Shown here in pieces: positions 1-12,953 of a stretch of 64,000 bases of DNA. Under the pieces are notes generated by a model that did no database searches, was not told the origin of the DNA, and worked only from the letters and a program-made list of their open reading frames with translations. A program made the translations under genes and the position numbers. Numbering within the stretch: the stretch's first letter is position 1; every line of letters starts with the position of its first letter. The DNA comes from Octopus sinensis (Eukaryota), in NCBI RefSeq assembly GCF_006345805.1, contig NC_043009.1:19282001-19346000 (forward strand), read 5' to 3'.

Positions 1-137
1 CTATTTAATTCTGTAGTTGAGGATAGCCCTGTATTCAAATTGATGTAATGATTGCATTGTTCAATTAAATGGAACCGCTTGAAACAGTCATGCTGCATCA
101 CCTCTTGATATCCTGTTGCTTATTTTGATTATATATG

Positions 138-187
<50 letters not shown>

Positions 188-239
188 GAGAAGGTTGAAA
201 AGGAACACACGAGTTGATATATATGGAAAAAAGTCAAGG

Positions 240-1132
240 TAGAAAATGCTAAAATAATTTTATAAAAAACATTTCAGTACCGGTTTCAGTCATTGAGACT
301 TTTTCAACTGTAAGTATGGAAACCAATTAAATTTTGGAAAAATTAAAAGAAAAGTATTTTTAAAAGAATATTTGCATAGCATTCAAATACAAGGGACATT
401 TTCCTTGTTTCTGCCTGTCTCTGTCTCTCGTGTTTACTGTTGTGGGTTCGAGGTCGTTGTAAATTCTTGGCAGAGAAGAAGAAGAAAAAGAAGAGGAGGA
501 GGAGCAGGAGGAGGAGGAGCAGGAGGAGCAGGAGGAAGAAGAGAAGAAGAATGCGGGAGTGCCATGATAGTAGTAGGATGTTAAATGGTCAAGTGTCCTG
601 AAAGTGACTTGCTGTGGATGGTAATAGTGATTGAATTCTTAAGGCATCTCCTTTGAATGTATTGTTTATAATATTTGCGTAGGTGTTATTCTAAAGAGCA
701 ATAGTGGTAAAGTAAGGAAGGAGGTGGCGGAGAGGAAAAAGACGAAGAAGAAGAAGGAGAAAGAGAAGAGAGAATAATAAGGGAATGCAGGTAGTATGAT
801 AGTAGTAGGCTGTTAAATGGTCAAGTGACCTAAATGTGACTAGTTGTGGATTATAGCAGTGATTGGGACTGTTTTAATGAATTCTTGGGTATCTCTTTTG
901 AATGTATCACTCTTAATATTTGCATATGTGTTTGTCGTTTGTTGTAGATGCGTTCAAAAGGAGTCTGTATTTTCTAATAAAGGGAGTCTCTTTACTAATT
1001 CGTTGGCTACAGGTTGTATCGTCCCTGAACTGGTACAGGGGAAAGATTTTGAAGCTTGGATTATTATTATTGGCGCAAATGTCGATATGATGGCTTTATG
1101 CTATTTTTCTATTTTGGGGAATTTTGATCTGG
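240..1132 (-). mobile_element. Penelope-like element 3' remnant (GIY-YIG C-terminus plus 3' UTR with decayed hammerhead)
   Basis: Minus strand ~1090-913 reads HIDICANNNNPSFKIFPLYQFRDDTTCSQRISKETPFIRKYRLLLNASTTNDKHICKY*. This aligns with the PLE endonuclease C-terminus at 26020-26164 (EHIEKCAGNIKPNFTVFPFYQCK...KETFFIEKYK). An imperfect ~230-bp tandem repeat lies in the UTR (566-640 vs 798-870). Confidence 0.7.
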
Positions 1133-1178
1133 GATATATATATATATGTATATCTATATCTATATCTATCTATCTATC

Positions 1179-1239
<61 letters not shown>

Positions 1240-1424
1240 TAAGCAATAAGGGTTCAGCAACGAATTGCCTTACCACATACCGAATTTAGAAATAGCAGTC
1301 AAAGGGTTATAGCTATTTCTTCTACTAAAAAGGGAGATCTCAGTAAAAACAGCAATTGGAAGGCTGACACAAACAGGTAAGAGAGAATGAATTAACCGCA
1401 ATCTATCAAACATTTTTAAAGTTA

Positions 1425-1531
1425 TCCACGGACGTACGTTTCGAAATCAAGTTTTAGGAAAGCATAAGAATTAAAATATTAAATATTAAATAATTCTATC
1501 TTACCGAAACTTCTTTTCTCTTCAGCGTGGA
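1425..1531 (-). ncRNA. Type I hammerhead ribozyme, copy 1
   Basis: Minus strand: stem I UCCACG / core CUGAAGA / long stem II (GAAA:UUUC, AAGUUU:AAACUU, AGAAUUA:UAAUUCU) / GAAA / stem III AC:GU with GUAC loop / GUC cleavage triplet / CGUGGA. Predicted cut between 1431 and 1430. Confidence 0.85.
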
Positions 1532-2025
1532 ATACTATAATCATAAATGATTATATATTGAATTTTGAGATACTAGGAGGTACCAACTCAACTCAGTATC
1601 AGAGCGAGCTAGAATCCTCAACTAGTATCACCGAATTCAAATTTGTGAATGAAACGATTGTGTCAACAGCCCCTTCCCACCCGCGTGTAGCCAAAACAAG
1701 ATGCTGTGGTCATCTACTGAGATAAAATATGGTTATCCGTAATAATGAAGGGTGAAATTAATTAATTTGGAATAATTATCAATTACACCAAGTAGTCTTC
1801 GGCATGTAAAAGCCTCATTTGAGGAAAATTTAAGTAATACTAAGCAATAAGGGTTCAGCAACGAATTGCCTTACCACATACCGAATTTAGAAATAGCAGT
1901 CAAAGGGTTATAGCTATTTCTTCTACTAAAAAGGGAGATCTCAGTAAAAACAGCAATTGGAAGGCTGACACAAACAGGTAAGAGAGAATGAATTAACCGC
2001 AATCTATCAAACATTTTTAAAGTTA

Positions 2026-2132
2026 TCCACGGACGTACGTTTCGAAATCAAGTTTTAGGAAAGCATAAGAATTAAAATATTAAATATTAAATAATTCTAT
2101 CTTACCGAAACTTCTTTTCTCTTCAGCGTGGA
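2026..2132 (-). ncRNA. Type I hammerhead ribozyme, copy 2
   Basis: Same sequence as copy 1 shifted by 601 bp; predicted cut between 2032 and 2031. Confidence 0.85.
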
Positions 2133-2135
2133 ATA

Positions 2136-2825
<690 letters not shown>

Positions 2826-3012
2826 ACATTGACCGCTAGCTACTAAAGCTTTCTTTTTTATTCTCTCTCTGTTTAATATCTCGAGTACCTTTCTGTTGAA
2901 GAGTGTAGGCTCGAAACGTAAAAGACTTTCTCACCTTCCCGAGCGCTAAACTAATACACCTTTTTGCTGTTTACACACCTATCGTCGTCTTTTGTTTCTT
3001 GTAAATTCCAGT
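2826..3012 (+). mobile_element. PLE terminal (pLTR-like) fragment with minimal hammerhead-like motif at 2889-2924
   Basis: CUUU-CUGUUGA-A-GAG-UGUAGG-CUC-GAAAC-GUA-AAAG; its downstream part resembles 2265-2365. Confidence 0.55.
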
Positions 3013-3022
3013 TATATACCAT

Positions 3023-3226
3023 GCAAAGGTACAATGGACTGGTCATGTTGAAAGGTTCACAGACAATCGGTGGACCGGTGCAGTTATCGAAAGGTACCCG
3101 CGCGAACGGAAGAGACCACTCAGAAGATCTCCAATCAGTCGGGAAGATAATTTAGGAAAAATGTTTGGAACAACGTGGAGGAGAATGATGAGAGCACGAG
3201 GGGAATGGAGTGAATGCTGTGGCTAG
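3023..3226 (+). pseudogene. RTE-superfamily LINE, 3' end of ORF
   Basis: AKVQWTGHVERFTDNRWTGAVIERYPRERKRPLRRSP...GTTWRRMMRARGEW matches the WAGHV..DNRWT..WYPR..KRP C-terminal pattern. Confidence 0.7.
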
Positions 3227-3361
3227 CGGGGCCGACTCGGTACCAGACAGCCTGGCCGATCCAGGTGATGAGAGTGTGTGTGTGTGTGTGTGTGTGTCTG
3301 TGTGTGTGTGTGTGTGTCTGTCTGTCTGTCTGTCTGTGTGTGTGTGTGTGTGTGTGTCTGT

Positions 3362-3393
<32 letters not shown>

Positions 3394-3424
3394 CTGTCTG
3401 TCTGTCTGTGTCTGTCTGTGTCTG

Positions 3425-3580
3425 TGTTTCTACCCTCACCTTCACTTGACAACAGGACCGATAGGATAAGTACCAGGCTTTAAAAAATAAGTACTAGGGT
3501 CCACTCATTCGCCTAAAGTTCTTGAATGCAGTACCGCACTATGACCGCGATCTATGACTGAAGCAAGTAAGAGATAAAAG
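3425..3580 (+). mobile_element. SINE family A 3' tail fragment
   Basis: cttgacaac...accgataggataagtaccaggctt...atgactgaagcaagtaagag matches the tail of the full copy at 20915-21303. Confidence 0.6.
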
Positions 3581-3606
3581 GTATTTATGTATATGTATGT
3601 GCGTAT

Positions 3607-3644
<38 letters not shown>

Positions 3645-4082
3645 AACACGCACACGCACTCACACGCCACACATACATACACATCTTTGTGTTAGTTCCT
3701 CCCGTTTCCCATGGAGAATCAGATGACATGTAGCTCAGTGTGTACGCGCGTGTGTGTCTATATCTAAAAGCCTCCGTGTTTATGAGCTTGCCTTGAAACA
3801 ACGTCTCTCAATGAATGTTCTCCATCCCTGAATAACGCACGTAGAAAATTTTCCGGCTTCGAGTTTCCCATAGGGGAAACATGGAGTATCCAACAAAGGA
3901 GATGTTGAAGGGCTGATAAATGTAAGGGAGTAGTAGGAGAAAGGCAAGGGTTTTCTGACATGCGGAAAGGTTTTCAGTTTATATCAAAACTCTGTTTTCC
4001 TTCACATTCACATTCTCGTTAGTATTTATCTCTATTCAGCTCTTCCTTTCTTTGTTTTACTCCAATTCTTTCTTTCTTTCTT

Positions 4083-4140
<58 letters not shown>

Positions 4141-4179
4141 TCTCGCTTATCATTGTTAGGCAAAAATATAAGGACAGTA

Positions 4180-5228
4180 TACGAGGGTCGGTTGAAAAGT
4201 TCATAGGCTGACCAAGATGCTCTCGTGGAATGTGACCAAATGAGGTTTAGTTTTCAATATATTCCCCTTTGCTGTCCCCACACTTCTTCTATGCTTTGAT
4301 CCCATTGGTGAAGGCCAAAAATTCACCAACAGCAGATATGATGTTATAATCATTGCGATACTGGTTCCAAGCCATGTGTTTTTCATGCTGGGGAACAGAT
4401 AATAGCCAGATGGGGCTAAATCAAGAGAATAAGGAGGGTGATCAACCAGTTCAAAGCCACATTCCCGCATAGTAGCGGGAGCGTTGTATTGATAAAACAA
4501 GACCCCGTTCTTCTTCAGTTTTCCTGGGAGTTTAGTCTTTATAGCCTTTCGTAACTGCTTCAGTAAATTAGCATAGTACTTTCCATTGATGGTGTGGCCT
4601 TTTTGAAGATTGCCAATAAATACTAAGCCTTTTGCATCCAAAAAGACAGGCCATCACCTTCCCTGCGGATGAAAGGACCTTTGCCTTTTTGGAGTAGGGG
4701 AGGAGGGGTGTTTCCATTGCATGGATTGTCTCTTTGTCTCTAGTTCAGAGTGATGAACCCAGCACTCATCCTGGCTTCAAGGGAACCAGCTGGATTTGAC
4801 TCAAAGAATGTCAGATTTTTCCCGTGATGTGATCAGCCTGGAGCTCTTTTAATCAGGTGTCAAAAGGCGTGGCACCGACCGAGCAGAAGCCTTCGCCATG
4901 CCAAGTTCATTGTGCACAGCCCACTTTTGTACTGTTGATAATGCTGGAGAGTCAACCCCTAATGTAGCAGCCATGTCAGCATGAATGTCCTTGAAGGCTA
5001 ATGTCTTTTTCTGCAGGTACTTGATATTACGAAGCCAAATTTTATCGATTTTAAAGAGAAGTGGCTACCAGCAACATTTGAAGTCTTCTCTCAAAATTCA
5101 CGTGTCAGTTTAGCTGGGAAGAAACAATGCAGTTATTCATACAAAAAAAGGTTGAAATTAATGCATGCAAGATTTCATAGCATCACTTCTTCATAGTCAG
5201 CCTATGAGCTTTTCTGTCCACCCTCGTA
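4180..5228 (-). mobile_element. Degenerate mariner transposon with TIRs and TA target duplication
   Basis: TIRs tacgagggtcggttgaaaagttcataggctgac vs tacgagggtggacagaaaagctcataggctgac (reverse complement), with TA at 4178-4179 and 5229-5230. ORF 4201-4641 contains TINGKYY...LRKAIKTK and HPPYSLDLAPSGYYLF (mariner D34D region). Confidence 0.9.
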
Positions 5229-6337
5229 TAGTGGAACACTGTAGTTATGTTCTTTTTTTTTATTTGTTATATTTTCGAAAGTTATCGTAGATGATGAAAA
5301 ATGATTTATTTTTAATGAAAAGCGTATTGTAATTTGCTCGAAGCATTACCATGTGTAAATGATATAAGTGTTTGAAAAATATTTGAGTAATGCTGGAGAG
5401 AAATGATGTTAGTCAATAAAAAATAGTATTGAAGATATTATATTACCTTACACAGGTTGTTTAATATTTAAATTATTTCAGGGAAGATTCCGCTTTGCAA
5501 ATATACGAAAGAAAACAATGCAAGATTTCAGAAAAGTGTTGTTACTGGCAAGCCATTCTGGTGTTTTGTGACAGAAAGCTCTGATGGATTATTGCATTTA
5601 TAATTGTGGGTAATAAAGAAACAGTATATGCAACAGCAGGTGGTGTGACATAAGCAACAATAGTAGGTGTCTTTGTAAGAGATTTGGTCTAAGCGAGTGA
5701 AGGAGTAATGGAAAAAAGGTCATTGAATAAGTGCTGAACTTTAAGGTTAATCAGTGAAATGTTGTAAGATTTTCAAGATTTTGGAAAAAAAAAGTTGAGG
5801 TTAAGTTGTCAGGTGTGGTGACATATGTCGTTCGAATGTGTAATGAATGTGTGTGAGAGATAGGGAAAAGACGTGAGTTAGTATAATGTTTTAAGAAAGT
5901 GCGAGTGTGTGAAGGAGTGTTGGAAAACGTCACTGGGCAATAATAGCTATTTTATAGTTGAATATGATTATTAAAGACTATTACTGGAACGAACATAAAA
6001 AGGAAAACCGAATTAAATAAATGCATCAAGATCATATAGTATATTTCATTCCAACTTGAAAATGCTTCACCAAAGAAAAAAGTTAGATAATACTGGCTTC
6101 TCGCAACACGATTTTCTCCCTTGCAATAGAAATGAATAACCAGTGAACTTTATATGTGTATTTGTGTGTGTGTATTAATGTTTTTTGTTTATATGTTCAT
6201 ACGTATGCACACAAACATTGATATATATAGATACAAATCGACGTATACACACAAAGTGATGAGATATATAGAGGGATACACACACGCGCACACACACACA
6301 CAGACTCACACATATATATTTACATAGATAAATAAAT

Positions 6338-6571
<234 letters not shown>

Positions 6572-7984
6572 TTAGCAGCTTCGAATCCATTCATTTATAA
6601 ATGCCTACATAAATATATAGATTATAAATACAAACATTATGGACACAAACTTTACAAAAGCACTAAGCCTCCCTTCCACATGAACAGTAATGCCGATAGG
6701 GTATTTTAAATTAAGTGACAGATGTAAAAGCAGGAGCTCAATCCAAACCGTATTTGCTAACACTTACTGAGTAGCAAAGAAAAATGTGAGTACATCACGT
6801 GTACTCAACACTAAAAATGATAACATCTCCAGGCTAGGAGAACCTCTGAATAGGTACAAAAAGTGTATTTCCTGTGGCACAAGGGGAGTTAGACACTCAT
6901 ATCAGCAAAATGATATTCATTGGTACATGTCCCGTAAGCTATAGAATACCACCAATATTGATTTCCTTCACATATATCACATACCGTCTAAAAGGATATA
7001 TTTTAGCTATTCAAGAACAAATTATAGCCATAAATACATATTCAATACCTCAAAATGCCTCTAAACCTCTGCATCTTAACAGGAAATTTCGATTGTGCCA
7101 TAGCAGCGAGGTAGATATCCCCACATCATTACCATCTGTTCTCAAAGGCCAGAGCTGCATAGCGGATGTGAATAAAATTGTGCGAAAGGTGAACTACTGA
7201 GAAACGTATGGTTCTTGTAAGTAGTGTTCAGGCTTTCGTTTGAACCAATGATATAGGTGTTATCTAGTGCAGTGCACTTATTATCATAGATGTACTAGGA
7301 GAGGTAGCAAATGATTTGCATAAAAACCTGGAAATACCGGGGTATTTCAAGGAAGAACAAAGCAAGCTGATTCGCATGTTCTAAATCTAATCAAAAAATG
7401 GTACAGTGGAATGTTTATTTAGTTTGCAAGAAGCACACAATTCATGCATTTACATAAAGAATAATTCAAACATACATATTCAAATACTAAAGAGACACGC
7501 ATAAGTATTGTATGAGTGTCTGTGTATCTACACAGACAGCCACATATATGCCTGCGCTAACTCACATATTTACATGTTTCTGGAACAAATTACATTGAAA
7601 CAAAAATGCTTAAACTCTGTGAAAGGAAAATCAATAGATGTATTTGCGCATGTCCGCATGCGAGTGAATATGCGGACGTGCGCCTTTAGTACTTACTTCT
7701 TATTTGTGTGAACACCTGAACTCATTAACTTGAAATCAGTTAAGATATCAGTAGTAGTAAGCAATCCCTGAGGCGAGCTTGTGGTTGACTGGCCACGTGT
7801 CTATTGTGCTAATACGATTTTATGCCGACAGAGATAATATATTGTTTTAGCTAATCATCAACGGTTTGTTATCGGATTAATTGTCATTAGATTAATTTCA
7901 TACGAAGCAATATCTATGTTATTGATTTATTGGGTATTCTAAATGACAAATATTGATTTCTACACAATTACAAGACTTTACATC

Positions 7985-8220
7985 TTTATTCTTTATCTTT
8001 TACTGATTTCAGTCATTGGACTGCGGCTATGCTGGAGCACTGCCTTCAAAGATTTTAGTTGAACGAATTGAACCCAGTACTTATTATTTTTTTTAAAAAT
8101 CGGGTCCTAATTTTTTCGGAGTCTTTTTGCCTAACAGCTAAGTTACGGGGATGTAAACAAACCAACACTGGTTGTCAAGCGGTGGTGGGAACAAACACAA
8201 ACATGCACTGATATACATAC

Positions 8221-8316
<96 letters not shown>

Positions 8317-8400
8317 TTATATCTGTATATAACGGGCTTCTTCAGTTTCAGTCAACCAAATCCACTTATCCAATGTGCCACGCTGTGGGACTGGATGTAT
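7985..8400 (-). mobile_element. SINE family A, degenerate, with internal (GATA)n
   Basis: Tail tttcagtcattggactgcggctatgctggagcac, plus head remnant acgggcttcttcagtttc...ccaaatccactt. Confidence 0.75.
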
Positions 8401-8820
8401 TTGCACTTATATGAAATGGAAATGGTGTATTTTGATGTTCATGCTTTGCCAGCGGGTAGTGATGCGCAATTTATTTCGTTTTTTTTTTTTTTTCATGTAA
8501 CGCAAAGAATGTTTTTAAGGTGGGGGACCGCAAAATGAAATGTTTTGACATAGTTACATCACCCAAGGATTATAATTAAAATGAAGTTTCACCTTAAACT
8601 AGATGCTGATCCTCTGCACTTATCATTGGTAGTATGCACACCAGTACAATACTTGAGAATAATGACGCGCATTTATGCTGCAGTTATTGCTTTTGTTTTT
8701 AGTTAGTTTGTCTTATTTGATAGGGCTGTGGAAAGTCTCGTTAAGCTTCTTTACTCTTATTTCAAGAAACTATCACTAATCTTCGGATGGTATGCGCGAC
8801 AACCCTCTGCGTTTGATAAA

Positions 8821-9151
8821 TTTCTCTGGCGTAACAAGCAGTAATAACATTTATTTCCATTTGTTTGACAATGAGGAAATTGGAAGCAACTAAAGTTCTG
8901 TTTTCATATTCACTGACACATCTATATTAGTTAAGTAGTGGCAAGTAGTGGTTTTGAAAAATTAGTTGATAGCTTCTTGACAAGGAAACAGAAAACCCGG
9001 TCGCAATTTGGAGGCAAAAGTATTTGAAGACTTTGCGTTGCACAAAGGTCTCCTTTACTATCTCGATAATCCTCATGTCCATTATCACCAATTGCTGACC
9101 GGGTGCTGCTTTATCTGGATGCTGTACGCAATATTGTAACAGCAACAATGT
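8821..9151. repeat. ~330-bp segment duplicated at 11582-11923 (direct orientation)
   Basis: Long near-identical run tttctctggcgtaacaagcag...aatattgtaacagcaacaatgt in both places. Confidence 0.9.
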
Positions 9152-10179
9152 AGTTGAGAGGCAGCTGCTTTGGAATTTCAGCATTGTCAGATCAGGGATA
9201 TAGAAAAGTATACTTCACAATGATATAGAAAACCTGTTTAATTTGCTCGGACAGATCCAAAATAGAGAGGGTGAAAACTAGGCAAAGTTAATTTGTCCGA
9301 GAAGTGCGACATTATCATAATTAGCTTTAGAGAGACTTGATAGGTGATATTGTGAAAGTACAGATAAGACATGATACAAAGCAACCACGCTTCTTTTGAT
9401 TAAATCGACTCCAGAAGAATGAAAGAGGAAGTCGACCATGGCGACTCAGAATACGAACGACTGAAACTAAATATTGCGAACTATTCGTTTCCGACGCGCA
9501 AACGAATCTCCCGACGAGTGCAATAATATATTCTAGAAACACATTATCACTACTTTTAAAATTGTATTATCACTCCCTCATCTGAATTTATTATATAACA
9601 GCTTTATATAACAAATCTCAATACAATGAATTCACAAATGCCATTGTAAAGTACTAATAACAATTTCGTTACATTATCTTGTTACACTAGATAAAAGCAA
9701 AACGCAGACTCTCGGTACATTACCCACTTTTTATCGATAATTTTCAGAACTTGATAAACTTTACTAAGCTTTAACACAGAAGGGTAATGTTCATTTTATC
9801 ATTTCACTGTTAAACTCATGATAAGGCTAACAATAAACAGCGATAAGCTAATCTATAGGGGTTCAAGAAGTATATATTCCCAAATAAAATTCATTTCCTA
9901 CGTACTTAGCAAAAAATGTGGATAAAGTTCAATTTCTTCTTATATAAATATATTTATGATGTTATGACATATATATTATCACTCCTGACCAAGATAGGAT
10001 TAGCTTAATAACAATAATCAAACTGAGCAGCAATGGTAAATGAGCAAACAAATCGTTTTTGTTGGTTCCTAAAAAATAGACTATTTTGATGCATTAAATT
10101 TGCTACTTGAGCGTAATTATTATTTTTCTCATAAACAAACTTGTTTGAATGTCGTTTATATATTGGTTTCACTTTTTGA

Positions 10180-10560
10180 CACAAGGCCAGCGATGTCGAA
10201 GGAAGGGGTAAGTCGATTATATCGACTCCTGTGCTCAACTGGCACTTATTTTATCGACTCCGAAAGCATGAAAGGCAAAGTCGATCTCGGCGGAATTTGA
10301 ACTCAGAACGTAAAGACGGACAAAATACCTATTTATTTACTACCCACAAGGGGCTAAACACAGAGAGGACAAACAATGACACACAAACAGATTAAGTCGA
10401 TTACATCGACCCCAGTGCGTAACTGGTACTTATTTAATCAACCCCGAAAGGATGAAAGGCAAAGCCGACCTCGGCAGAATTTGAACTCAGAACGCAGCGG
10501 CGGACGAAATATCACAAAACATTTTGCCTGGCGCGCGAACGATTCTGTCAGATCGTTGAC
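10180..10560 (-). mobile_element. SINE family B, two partial tandem copies
   Basis: gaaagcatgaaaggcaaagtcgatctcggcggaatttgaactcagaacg is the reverse complement of the family B head/body. Confidence 0.8.
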
Positions 10561-11259
10561 TTAACTGTCGTTTATATATTACAAACAGTATCCATAAAAT
10601 TCCTCCATTTACAGGAAGAATGTTATGGATTGGCTAGCAAGGAGGGATTTTAGGTCTCTGGTGTTTCTCGGTATTAATAATAATGGATTGCTGTTTCAAT
10701 GTGTTATACTATTGTGCAAAGGTTTTACTTTAACCTGATATTTTTAATATAGCACAGAAAGGGAAGGATTATACGTTTCTAATGTAGCACAATTAACAAG
10801 TCACATATGAACCAAAGACCACAAAGGCGAATTTAATTTATATTAGAACTGTTTACTCGTTTACTTATTTCTATAATTAGGTTGTGGCCAGCCTTGAATG
10901 ATTTTAGTTATTCATATCGAACCCAGTATATTTTAAAATTTAGCTCTCATTTAGCGATTTGCATTTTGTTACACCGCTAAGACACGGGAGATATACACAG
11001 ACACATAAACGCACATCATTCATCCATTCATCCATTCATTCAAACATCCATCCATCCGTCCATCCATACAACACGTATGCACGCGCGACGGAATCGCAGT
11101 CTCCGTCAACCAATTTCACTTACAAGGGAGATTAAACATGAGACCACGTGAAGTCGTGAAACAAACTTCTTACCCTCACGGCCATGTCTTCGGGGAACTT
11201 ATGCATCTTAGTTGCTTAAGTAAGAATGTCATATGCCAATTTCTGCGCTCGCGACACTT

Positions 11260-11400
11260 CATCTACCAAGAGAAGATGGGAGATTCAGTGAAGTAGTTCT
11301 TCGCCTCGAAAGACAAGACCTGATGGGATCAAAGAACTGGCAGAAAGGTGACTTCAGATGGTGCAACACAATGGCCTATGTCGATTGTTCGGCTGCGTTT
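11260..11400 (+). pseudogene. Mariner transposase C-terminal remnant
   Basis: FFASKDKT...GIKELAER*LQMVQHNGL resembles the mariner terminal motif GI..L.ERW..V...G. Confidence 0.55.
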
Positions 11401-11504
11401 ATTGTAACTTGACGAATAAAGCAAACAGATTACCTAAATATTAATAAAACATTTAACTCAACACAATACTATTTCAATCTGATTGGATAACTAATTTAAA
11501 AAAA

Positions 11505-11581
<77 letters not shown>

Positions 11582-11582
<1 letters not shown>

Positions 11583-11923
11583 TTCTCTGGCGTAACAAGC
11601 AGCAATGAACCAGTAATAACATTTATTTCCATTTGTTTGACAATGAGGAAATTGAAAGCAACTAAAGTTCTGTTTTCATATTCGCTGACACATCTATATT
11701 AGTTAAGTAGTGGTAAGTAGTGGTTTTGAAAAATTAGTTGATAGCTTCTTGACAAGGAAACAGAAAACCCGGTCGCAATTTGGAGGCAAAAGTATTTGAA
11801 GACTTTGCGTTGCACAAAGGTCTCCTTTACTATCTCGATAATCTTCATGTCCATTATCACTCATGTCGATTGTTCGGCTGCTTTATCTGGATACTGTACG
11901 CAATATTGTAACAGCAACAATGT
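11582..11923. repeat. Second copy of 8821-9151, embedded in (AAT)n
   Basis: Follows (AAT)n at ~11508-11581; carries an 11-nt insertion and a substituted patch at 11861-11881. Confidence 0.9.
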
Positions 11924-12189
11924 CGTTTAAATAATAATATGAGTTTTAATAACAACAACAACAGCAACAATAATAATAATGATAATAATAATAACGTCGA
12001 TAGCTACATTATTTGCAACACTAAAGAGGTCGATCGGTGGAAAGTGAACCAAGAAACGAAAAATGTGGATGAAAGTTCAACATAAAATTTACGTCTAGTT
12101 TTTCAAAAACTAGCGTTGAATTTTTGGACACAAAGTTTTCTGGAGGCAGAATAGTGACAGAGTTATTTTGCAAGCCCACGTCATCCCAC

Positions 12190-12949
12190 ATATACCTCCA
12201 CCAGACACAAAGCAAGACTTTTTTGAGTGATGACCCGCTTTTGGGGTGGCTAAGGGTGGCTCATGTCGCTTACTCCAGGATCGCTTTCTCTGAACATTTC
12301 GGTAGATAATCCATTTCTCATCACCTGTCACAATTTGCTTTAAAAAAGGCATGTTTTCATTTCGTTTATAAAGCGAATCACAGATAGAGATGCGACCCAA
12401 AAGGTTCTTCTCACCCAACTCATGTGGTACCCAAACATCGTAGCGATTTGTGTACCCAAGCTTTGCCAGGTGCTCGTGTACGACGGATTTTGATAGGTTG
12501 AGATTTTCTGCCAATTCTCGGATTGTGCAATGTGAGTTATTCTCAATTAATGACTTGATTTGGTCAACATCTGTAGTGGATGATCTGCCTAGTCGCTCTT
12601 TATCAATAAGGCTAAAATCTCCAGCTCGGAACCTTGCAAACCACTTCCGTACAGTTCTTTCAGATAAAGAAACATCACCGTAAACTGCACATATTTCTTT
12701 GGTTGCTAGTGAGGCATTTTTTCCCTTTACGGAAAAAGAAAAGCATCAAGTGCCGAAAATGAACTTTCTTATCTTCCATTTTAAAGAGTTACAGAATTAA
12801 CACAGGTTGTAGGAACGTAAACCTTCTTCCGCGAAAAGATAGCTTAAACTGTGCTCTAAATGGAATGTAGTCAAATCCTATTTTATGGACTCAATAAGTC
12901 GAAAGGTAAACTACAATAAATCGGCACGAACTTTCCGGACAACCCAATA
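12190..12949 (-). mobile_element. Mariner transposon, 5' TIR plus frameshifted, 3'-truncated transposase
   Basis: ATG at 12779: MEDKKVHFRHLMLFFFRKG; then ...YDVWVPHELGEKN...IVTGDEKWIIY (WVPHEL and GDEKW motifs). TIR ttgggttgtccggaaagttcgtgccgatt. Confidence 0.9.
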
Positions 12950-12953
12950 TATA

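Larger units (their letters stand above)
1236..2135 (-). mobile_element. Non-coding retrozyme-like element: 299-bp direct repeats (1236-1534, 1837-2135), 601-bp period, inserted in (TA)n
   Basis: The two repeats read identical by eye. There is no ORF in the track within the unit, each repeat contains a hammerhead, and (TA)n flanks both sides. Confidence 0.8.

Noticed and set aside
5700-5935. Possible CR1/L2 3' remnant on the minus strand
   Set aside because: Only a vague resemblance; no diagnostic motif.
6874-7220. 108-aa ORF and candidate splice sites
   Set aside because: No recognisable motif or consistent exon frame.
9330-9530. DLIGDIVKVQIRHD looked PLAT-domain-like; nearby MKEEVDHGDSEYERLK peptide
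   Set aside because: In-frame stop, weak splice signals, match too short.
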